From Synechococcus elongatus PCC 6301 (lineage in GTDB: Bacteria; Cyanobacteriota; Cyanobacteriia; Synechococcales; Synechococcaceae): a stretch of DNA of 32,000 nt. Under the pieces are notes generated by a model. That model was not told the origin of the DNA. It saw only the letters and a program-made list of their open reading frames with translations, and did not search any database. Positions 26,080 to 32,000 of this stretch are shown one piece after another. How positions within the stretch are numbered: position 1 is the stretch's first letter; the number at the start of each line of letters is the position of its first letter. The stretch lies in NCBI RefSeq assembly GCF_000010065.1, contig NC_006576.1:1140001-1172000 (forward strand). The letters are read 5' to 3'. The position numbers were made by a program, and so were the translations under genes.

Positions 26080-26877
26080 GTGCGGGTTCAGCGATCGCGA
26101 CTATGGCGACAGGGATTACTCCTATCGCTTCTACTAACTTTGCTGGCCGTGGCGCTTCCGATCGCTAGTCACTCAGCATCACCGAGCGATCGCTGTCAGG
26201 CTGATCGCAGTCGGCAAGTTTTGTCGAACAGCACCGAATTGCCGATCGCCCAACGAGTACATCCTTTGCCCGGCAACTGGGCTGGTTTGCCGCAGTCCAG
26301 CAATCACTATCTCGAGGCGATCGCTCCTAGTCGCTACGGATACTTGGTTTGGGCGGTGTCGCCGCTCTGTATCTACATTGAGCCTGCGAGTGTGGGCGAC
26401 ACAGCGGCGGAGCAACGGCAACAGCAGTGGCAGCAGGCAGTCAATCAAGCTGTGGCAGACTGGCGCCCCTACTTTGACCTCCAGCTCGTCAGTAATCCTG
26501 CAAAGGCAGACATCAGCATTTGGCGGCGATCGCCACCGCTCCGCCGCAATGCAGACGGGCAGCTCGATCGGGCTCGCACCGCTGAAACCAGCTTAGTCTT
26601 CTACCGCGAAGGCGATCGCGCCTTACCCCGCTACCGAATTGACCTCGGCCTCACGCAGGGCTTTGCCGGGCTGGTCTCTACTGCTCGCCATGAGTTGGGC
26701 CATGCTTTTGGCCTCTGGGGTCATAGCGATCAACCTGAGGATGTGATGTACGTCGCTCAGTCAAGCCGCAATATTCAGCTGACCGACCGCGACCTAGGAA
26801 CGCTGCGGCACCTCTACCAGCAACCGACCCAGCTGGGCTGGCCGCTGCCGCGATCGCAGGATGGGCGGTCGCAGTAG
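26080..26877 (+). CDS. Secreted metzincin (matrixin-like) zinc metalloprotease
   Basis: The HExxHxxGxxH motif is HELGHAFGLWGHSD, followed by a possible Met-turn (DVMYV). The signal-peptide-like N-terminus is LLLSLLLTLLAVALPIASHSAS. I prefer the in-frame GTG at 26080, just after the secG stop, over the ORF-track start at 26035. Confidence 0.75.
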   Translation: MRVQRSRLWRQGLLLSLLLTLLAVALPIASHSASPSDRCQADRSRQVLSNSTELPIAQRVHPLPGNWAGLPQSSNHYLEAIAPSRYGYLVWAVSPLCIYIEPASVGDTAAEQRQQQWQQAVNQAVADWRPYFDLQLVSNPAKADISIWRRSPPLRRNADGQLDRARTAETSLVFYREGDRALPRYRIDLGLTQGFAGLVSTARHELGHAFGLWGHSDQPEDVMYVAQSSRNIQLTDRDLGTLRHLYQQPTQLGWPLPRSQDGRSQ

Positions 26878-29043
26878 GGTTTTCAGGATCAAAAGCAGCG
26901 ATCGCCGTTCGCCCGGACTTTCTGGACGATGGTCTTCGCTTCCGTAGCAGTAGATTGTTTTAATCAGGCGATTTTGATCGATGGGCTGCGGCGCTAACCA
27001 CAACCAAGTGCCTTGGGTATCGCGATCGCAGTGCTGAACTGGAACCGAGAGCGTTTGATCTCCCAAGCGCGTCAGGGTGAGAGAACCTTCCGGGAGGACC
27101 CAGTTGCCTTCGAGACGAATGACCATTTCACTTTGAGCTTGACTCCGTAGCGTCAGCACGTGTCCTGAATCAGTTTGTAGTTCTAAAGCCAGGGGGCGAG
27201 CAATCATGGCTTCGCGACCATCCCGAGGGGCATCCCAGAGCGCGAGCAACGCCACGGCCAGCAACACCAAGTTGTAGCCGGACCACCACAGCCCAAGAGC
27301 CAGACCTCGCATTTGGGTCTGATCGGCCTGCTGACTCAGCACCCACAACTGCCGCACGTTCAGCGCCAGACTGAGCCAGGTGGCAGCAAAGAGAATCAGC
27401 AGCGGCCAAGCTAACGCCCAGTTGAAGAAGAAGCGATCCTGCCGGAGTCCTTTGGGGGTGACGGCGAATTGGCAACGGAAGGGCTGCACCAGCGCTTGCA
27501 GACTGGTGATCGCCAGTGGCACAGCCAGCACTAAGGAGTAGATTTCGGAGAGTAGTGCCGATCGCGATCGCCGATTCAGCCAGTTGAAGACCGTCAGGTG
27601 CCCCAGGTAGATCGGCAGCAAGAAATAGAGCAGCTCGGGCCCAGTGGCCCGTAGCGGCATGATGCCAACGCCGTAGCCCAACGGCATCACCAGAAAGAGG
27701 ATGCGCGGTAGGCTCGAGAACCAGTGCAACAGCCCCTCCAAGTGGCCGAGGCGCTGCAACGGATTGAGCCCTGGAACCGTTAGAGGGTTGGCCTGAATAA
27801 AGAAGGCTTGGAGCGTCCCCCTCGCCCAACGCAAGCGTTGCTTGGCATAGGCAGCCAAACTCTCCGGGGCCAAACCCTGACTCAGTTTTTCGTTGAGGTA
27901 AACCAGCTGGTAGCCTGCTGCTGCAATGCGGATCCCAGTGAAGTAGTCTTCGGACAGCGACTCGGTCACAAAACCACCGATCGCATCCAAAGCTTGGCGG
28001 CGCACAACAAAGGAGGTGCCCACGCAGACAACACTGCCGACGCCATCTCGCATCGGTTGAACATGTCGATAAAAGATTTCATCCTCGGGCGGAATCTGTT
28101 CAGCCAAGTCGAGGTTGTAGGCGATCGGGTCAGGGTTGTAGAAGCTTTGGGGCGTTTGCACCAGTCCGATGCGGCCGTCTTGGAAGAACCCGACCGTCCG
28201 CGCCAGAAAGGACTGCCGAGGAATAAAGTCGGCATCAAAGACCGCCACCAGTTCGCCTCGACAATTGGGCAAGGCGTAGTTGAGATTCCCGGCCTTAGCC
28301 CCCTGGCGATCGCGACGGGCTTGATAGCGACAGCCCAACTGCCGCGCTAGAGCCGCTACTTCTGGGCGATCGCCGTCATCGAGGACATGCACCGTTTTGG
28401 CGGCGTAATCCAAGGTCAAGCAACCGACGAGCGTCCGTCGTAGCAAACCCACGGGCTCGTTGTAGGTCGGCACCAAAATGTCGACGTGGGGCTGGTACTG
28501 CCCCTGTTGCACCGCCACTGCATACTGATCCGCCTGGGCTTGGCGATCGCGGGCTGCCACACTCAGCAACAACTGAATCAGCCCCGTGACCAGCAACAGC
28601 AGCTCCATGCCATAGAGAATCAGACTCAAACCGCCATTCAACGGGGTCGAGACATTGAGGGTTGAGAGCGATCGCCAGAGGAGATAGCGCACCGTCAGCA
28701 GTGCCAGAATACCAACCACTACGATCCGAGGCCAAAAACTGGGTCGGGTCCATAGCCGCGTAATCACCCACAGGCAGACCAGCAGCAGACAGGGCCAACT
28801 CCAGGCCCAGAGCCCTTCCATGGGCGTTTGCAACCAGAGCGGCGGCCGTTGTTGCCAGCGATCGATTGTTTGAAAAAATTGATTAGTGCGCGGTTCGCCC
28901 AGCACCCAAGCCATCTGTAAGCTGAGTAGCACTAGCAGTCCCCCTAGCGTGAAGAAGGTGGGGAGCTGTCGATTGTGGGAAAACCAGTGCCTAAGAGCGG
29001 CCAGAGTGGGCAGGGATTGTTGCCTGCTGATTGGCCTTGTCAT
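26794..29043 (-). CDS. BcsA-like processive family-2 glycosyltransferase (cellulose-synthase-like)
   Basis: 749-aa multi-pass membrane protein. GT2 motifs are VPTYNEP, LDDGDRP, FDADFIP, QTPQSFYNPD, SEDYFTG and QRLRWARG (QxxRW). A C-terminal ~130-aa soluble domain sits where BcsA has PilZ. Confidence 0.85.
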   Translation of the reverse strand: MTRPISRQQSLPTLAALRHWFSHNRQLPTFFTLGGLLVLLSLQMAWVLGEPRTNQFFQTIDRWQQRPPLWLQTPMEGLWAWSWPCLLLVCLWVITRLWTRPSFWPRIVVVGILALLTVRYLLWRSLSTLNVSTPLNGGLSLILYGMELLLLVTGLIQLLLSVAARDRQAQADQYAVAVQQGQYQPHVDILVPTYNEPVGLLRRTLVGCLTLDYAAKTVHVLDDGDRPEVAALARQLGCRYQARRDRQGAKAGNLNYALPNCRGELVAVFDADFIPRQSFLARTVGFFQDGRIGLVQTPQSFYNPDPIAYNLDLAEQIPPEDEIFYRHVQPMRDGVGSVVCVGTSFVVRRQALDAIGGFVTESLSEDYFTGIRIAAAGYQLVYLNEKLSQGLAPESLAAYAKQRLRWARGTLQAFFIQANPLTVPGLNPLQRLGHLEGLLHWFSSLPRILFLVMPLGYGVGIMPLRATGPELLYFLLPIYLGHLTVFNWLNRRSRSALLSEIYSLVLAVPLAITSLQALVQPFRCQFAVTPKGLRQDRFFFNWALAWPLLILFAATWLSLALNVRQLWVLSQQADQTQMRGLALGLWWSGYNLVLLAVALLALWDAPRDGREAMIARPLALELQTDSGHVLTLRSQAQSEMVIRLEGNWVLPEGSLTLTRLGDQTLSVPVQHCDRDTQGTWLWLAPQPIDQNRLIKTIYCYGSEDHRPESPGERRSLLLILKTLLRPPILRSRQRPAQLGRLLVEVPQRS

Positions 29044-29061
29044 TTTCTCTTAATCTTTCGG

Positions 29062-29083
29062 CGTTAATGTGCCCACATTAACG
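29062..29083. promoter_or_regulatory. Perfect palindrome CGTTAATGTG-CC-CACATTAACG (candidate operator)
   Basis: Arms of 10+10 bp are exact reverse complements with a 2-bp spacer. It lies in the 89-bp divergent intergenic region. It is 19-40 nt upstream of the BcsA-like ATG and 50-71 nt upstream of the 29133 ATG. Confidence 0.45.
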
Positions 29084-29132
29084 TGACGGGGCCGTTATCA
29101 TCCGCCCCATGTGATGCTCTGGGAATTGACTC

Positions 29133-29858
29133 ATGAAACTTTTAGATTGGTGGGCCTTGCTCCACCCCGCGATCGCAGTTGTTGTGATCTATCCGATTCT
29201 GGGTGTCGTGCTACGCCAGGCCTGGCTCACTCGCCAACGCCGCCTCAGTCCAGCCGACCAAAAATCCAAGATTCCCGTCAGCGTGGGTCAAGACCATAGT
29301 CAAGCGGGCCGATGGTTGACCACTGGCGTTGTTGTTGTCTCGCTGCTGGGTATTGGCTACCCAATTTTCTCGAAATTTGTAGAGGCAGGCCCGACTGGGT
29401 TTGACGGCGGTACACCTCGACTCATTACCCTACTTCTGGCCTGGATCGGCTCACTGGCTGCGATCGCGTCACTCTTTTTGCTGCGCCCCAAAACACCTCG
29501 CGAGCTACGGCTACCTCGGGCTCTGTTTGCGATCTTGACCGGCTTTGGTGTGGTGGCATTGGGACAACAGTCCGAAGTATTCAAGCGCGATTACGAGGCG
29601 TTGGTCTCGCACTATTACTACGGCATTGCCCTAGTGCTGTTGATGATCTTTGCCCTCGCAACTCTCCCCGAAATTCAACGCTTCCCGCGCTGGCGGATTT
29701 TGCATATTGTCCTGAATATTGCGGCAGCGGTTCTCTTCCTTGGCCAAGGAGTGACAGGAGCCCGCGATTTGCTCGAAATTCCCTTGAGCTGGCAGAAGCC
29801 CACCATCTACCAATGTGATTTTCAGAACCTGACTTGCCCAGGACAGCCCCCGAGCTGA
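29133..29858 (+). CDS. Conserved multi-pass membrane protein (DUF4079-like)
   Basis: 241-aa ORF with about five or six hydrophobic helices. The N-terminal WWALLHPAIAVVV and C-terminal HIVLNIAAAVLFLGQGVTG resemble my memory of DUF4079. That assignment was not verified. Confidence 0.65.
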   Translation: MKLLDWWALLHPAIAVVVIYPILGVVLRQAWLTRQRRLSPADQKSKIPVSVGQDHSQAGRWLTTGVVVVSLLGIGYPIFSKFVEAGPTGFDGGTPRLITLLLAWIGSLAAIASLFLLRPKTPRELRLPRALFAILTGFGVVALGQQSEVFKRDYEALVSHYYYGIALVLLMIFALATLPEIQRFPRWRILHIVLNIAAAVLFLGQGVTGARDLLEIPLSWQKPTIYQCDFQNLTCPGQPPS

Positions 29859-30000
29859 GCCCGATCGCCTGGGATGGTTGAGCAATTGACCACCCTGCGA
29901 TCGCAGCTATCGACGGGACTGGTAGCCACAGTCACCCCTGACAGCGATGGTAAAGTTGGGTCTTGGCAGCCCAACACAATTTCGGAGATCAACACGCACT

Positions 30001-30342
30001 ATGGCGGGAAAAGGGTTCGGCTTCAGCCTCGGCAAAATGAAAGAGCTTGCTGATGCCTTCAAAAAAGCGCAGCAAGTGCAAGAAGGCGCCAAGCAGGTTC
30101 AAGAAGACCTCAACAACATGGAAATCGAAGGCCAAGCCCAGGGTGGCTTGGTCAAAGTCTGGGTCAGTGGCAACCAAGAGCCTCTACGTGCTGAAATTGC
30201 CCCCGAGGCCCTGAATGAAGGGGCAGAAGTGCTGTCTGAACTCGTGGCTGCAGCAATGAAGGATGCCTACCAAAAATCTACTGCTGCCATGAAAGAGAAA
30301 ATGGAAGCGTTGACTGCTGGCTTGGGTATTCCTGGCCTCTAA
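30001..30342 (+). CDS. ybaB: Nucleoid-associated protein YbaB/EbfC
   Basis: Begins [28 protein letters not shown], then [24 protein letters not shown] and [13 protein letters not shown] took the ATG at 30001 rather than the ORF-track start at 29947. Confidence 0.85.
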
Positions 30343-30432
30343 TTGCTGATTAGTGTGAAAGATAGCGGGGCGATCGTAAGGTCTCCCCGTTTTTGCTGTT
30401 TAGGTTGGTTGCGATCGCAGAGGAAGTTTGCA

Positions 30433-30924
30433 ATGACCGTCAAAGTACTGTTCGTCTGTCTGGGCAACATCTGCCGTTCGCCCTCGGCAGAAAACATCAT
30501 GAATCACTTGCTCGCTGAAGCAGGACTCGATCGCGCCGTGCGCTGCGATTCTGCTGGGACTGCCAGCTATCACGTCGGCAATCCACCCGATCGCCGCATG
30601 ACGGCTGCTGCCCGCGAACAAGGCATCACCATGCAGGGCAAAGCCCGCCAGTTTCATCGCACGGATTTTGAGCAGTTCGACCTGATTCTGGCGATGGACG
30701 ACGAAAACTACGAGGATATTGTGGCCCTCGATCGCGCCGGTGAGTATCGCCACAAGGTGCGGCGCATGTGCGAGTTCTGCCGCGAGTTTCGCGATCGCGA
30801 AGTGCCCGATCCCTACTACGGTGGTCCCGAAGGATTTCGTTATGTGATCAATCTGCTGCTCGATGCCTGTGGCGGACTGCTTGAGCACTTACAACAAGAG
30901 GGACTGATTAAAACTCACCGCTAA
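30433..30924 (+). CDS. Low-molecular-weight protein tyrosine phosphatase
   Basis: The P-loop is VLFVCLGNICRSPSAE (CX5R-S). DSAGT is present, and the general-acid motif is VPDPYYGG. I took the ATG at 30433. Confidence 0.85.
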   Translation: MTVKVLFVCLGNICRSPSAENIMNHLLAEAGLDRAVRCDSAGTASYHVGNPPDRRMTAAAREQGITMQGKARQFHRTDFEQFDLILAMDDENYEDIVALDRAGEYRHKVRRMCEFCREFRDREVPDPYYGGPEGFRYVINLLLDACGGLLEHLQQEGLIKTHR

Positions 30925-31511
30925 TGATTTCCTCTATTGATGCGCAATCTCTCCTCGATTTCTGGTTTGGCAAGCCTACTGACCCGGAGTATGGTCTACC
31001 GCGATCGCCGTGGTTCCAGAAGTCAGAGACATTTGATGCCGAGATGCGCGATCGCTTCTTGGGCCTTTACGAGCAAGTCTGCGCTAAGGGAGTTGATCTG
31101 GAGGCGATCGCTACGCCCCAGCAGGCACTGGCATTGCTACTGTTGTTCGATCAAGTACCGCGCAACTGTTTCCGCGATCGCCCCGAAGCCTTTGCCACCG
31201 ATCCCTTGGCTCTAGCGATCGCCAATCACTGCCTAGTCCAAGGCTGGGATCAGCAACTGCTGCCAGTGCAGCGTTGGTTTGTCTACCTGCCCTTGGAACA
31301 CAGCGAAAATCTTGCTGACCAAGATCGGGCGGTTGCTTTGTTTGAAGCGCTAGGGGATGACCCGATCCATACAGGTGCGATCGCCTATGCCCATCAGCAC
31401 CACGAGATCATTGCGCGGTTTGGCCGCTTCCCTCACCGAAACGAGATTCTTGGGCGATCTTCCACACCAGAAGAACTCGCTTTCCTACAACAGCCGGGCT
31501 CGCGCTTCTAA
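30924..31511 (+). CDS. DUF924-family protein
   Basis: 195-aa ORF. LLDFWFG, LLLFDQVPRNCFR, YLPLEHSE and FGRFPHRNEILGRSSTPEE match the DUF924 pattern. Its ATG shares one base with the upstream TAA (TAATG at 30922-30926). Confidence 0.85.
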   Translation: MISSIDAQSLLDFWFGKPTDPEYGLPRSPWFQKSETFDAEMRDRFLGLYEQVCAKGVDLEAIATPQQALALLLLFDQVPRNCFRDRPEAFATDPLALAIANHCLVQGWDQQLLPVQRWFVYLPLEHSENLADQDRAVALFEALGDDPIHTGAIAYAHQHHEIIARFGRFPHRNEILGRSSTPEELAFLQQPGSRF

Positions 31512-31567
31512 TCTCAGCTGTGTTAGTCCCAGCAACCCATGTCCACAGCGACTAAAATCTAGCCACA

Positions 31568-32000
31568 ATGCTTGATAGCGATCGGCGCGAGGGCTTGCTG
31601 CCGCCCCTGCGAGTTCTCCTCACTCTCTTACTGGCCATCGGAGTCATCTTTCGTAGCTATGAGCCACAAGACATCACCCTCCCTTGGACCGGACTCTCGC
31701 TCCCCTTCATCCCCGACAGCCGTGCCGAACTCTTCGACGCCGCCTACAACTGCTTCTGGATCGCGACCTTGGTGGCGATCGCTCTTGTCCTTCTTGAATG
31801 GGACGGCCAGCGAATTGGACGAAATCGACGCGCTGAAAGCCGAAACCGAGATGCTGCAAGAGAACAACAAGAAGCTCGCCGAGCTCGAATCCAAGCTCAA
31901 GTCCTTGTGGCGATCGGACAGCAGCAACTCAACGACAGCGCCGAATCCCGACAACGGCTAGCTGACGCGATCGCTCTGCTTCAGGAGTACGGCGATCTGT
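31568..32000 (+). CDS. Membrane protein, 5' part (reading frame open to the window end; not in the ORF track)
   Basis: From the ATG at 31568 there is no stop before 32000. The first ~76 codons give two TM-like helices (LRVLLTLLLAIGVIF and CFWIATLVAIALVLL). GC3 there is about 72%. Beyond ~31795 the frame becomes CGA/Arg-rich and looks non-coding. Confidence 0.4.
   Translation, partial: MLDSDRREGLLPPLRVLLTLLLAIGVIFRSYEPQDITLPWTGLSLPFIPDSRAELFDAAYNCFWIATLVAIALVLLEWDGQRIGRNRRAESRNRDAAREQQEARRARIQAQVLVAIGQQQLNDSAESRQRLADAIALLQEYGDL
31794..31961 (+). CDS. Coiled-coil segment in the +1 frame (3' part of ORF-track ORF 31572-31961)
   Basis: Reads LNGTASELDEIDALKAETEMLQENNKKLAELESKLKSLWRSD... with host-like, G/C-ending codons. 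Upstream of ~31794 this frame is Ser/Pro-rich with poor codon bias. The start is undefined, and TTG codons at 31785 and 31794 are the only candidates nearby. Confidence 0.3.
   Translation: MNGTASELDEIDALKAETEMLQENNKKLAELESKLKSLWRSDSSNSTTAPNPDNG

Noticed and set aside
27170-27829. 219-aa minus-strand ORF (and 27808-28350 on the plus strand) overlapping the BcsA-like gene
   Set aside because: These are alternative-frame and antisense ORFs inside a gene with a continuous GT2 motif set. Their composition is typical of out-of-frame GC-rich sequence.
30400-30888. 162-aa minus-strand ORF antisense to the LMW-PTP gene
   Set aside because: The plus strand carries the CX5R P-loop and the DPYY motif. 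The antisense product has no recognisable features.
1-32000. Search for CRISPR arrays, transposases, integrases, toxin-antitoxin pairs, restriction-modification or other defence genes
   Set aside because: The only regularly spaced or repeated element is the 8-bp HIP1. No ORF carries recognisable motifs of these classes.

Overview
The window looks like a unicellular cyanobacterial chromosome. By hand count it holds about 90 copies of the HIP1 octamer GCGATCGC, the DNA is GC-rich and densely coding, and it carries petN and a ycf19/yggT-family gene. Composition and gene content resemble Synechococcus elongatus, but that is inference and was not checked. I call 32-33 protein genes. I found no rRNA, tRNA, CRISPR array, transposase or integrase.

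Most genes are housekeeping:
- ribF
- an ALDH3-type aldehyde dehydrogenase
- pyrC
- two signal peptidase I paralogs
- a tandem histidine phosphatase
- a CPBP protease
- an ftsL-like gene followed by ftsI
- lepA translationally coupled to lepB
- clpS
- petN
- an OYE-type flavin reductase
- xseB
- an ABC permease
- gpmI and secG
- ybaB
- an LMW-PTP
- a DUF924 protein

I do not see a clear multi-gene novel system such as a defence island. These items deserve a second look:
1. A low-GC, HIP1-poor segment (about 1190-3835) carries one membrane-anchored 3xPAS-GGDEF diguanylate cyclase.
2. A dihydroorotase paralog lacks both HxH metal ligands. It lies 6 nt downstream of the tandem histidine phosphatase and close to a conventional pyrC.
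3. A trypsin-like protease is fused to a Cys-rich DUF1036-like domain, 15 nt downstream of an orphan soluble GAF histidine kinase.
4. A BcsA-like glycosyltransferase has no recognisable PilZ motifs and no partner genes. A perfect 10+10 bp palindrome sits in its divergent promoter region, and its 3' end overlaps a secreted metzincin gene by 84 bp.
5. Three small genes are missing from the ORF track: petN and two 45-aa single-pass membrane proteins.
6. The coding signal switches reading frame at about 31795 in the last gene.
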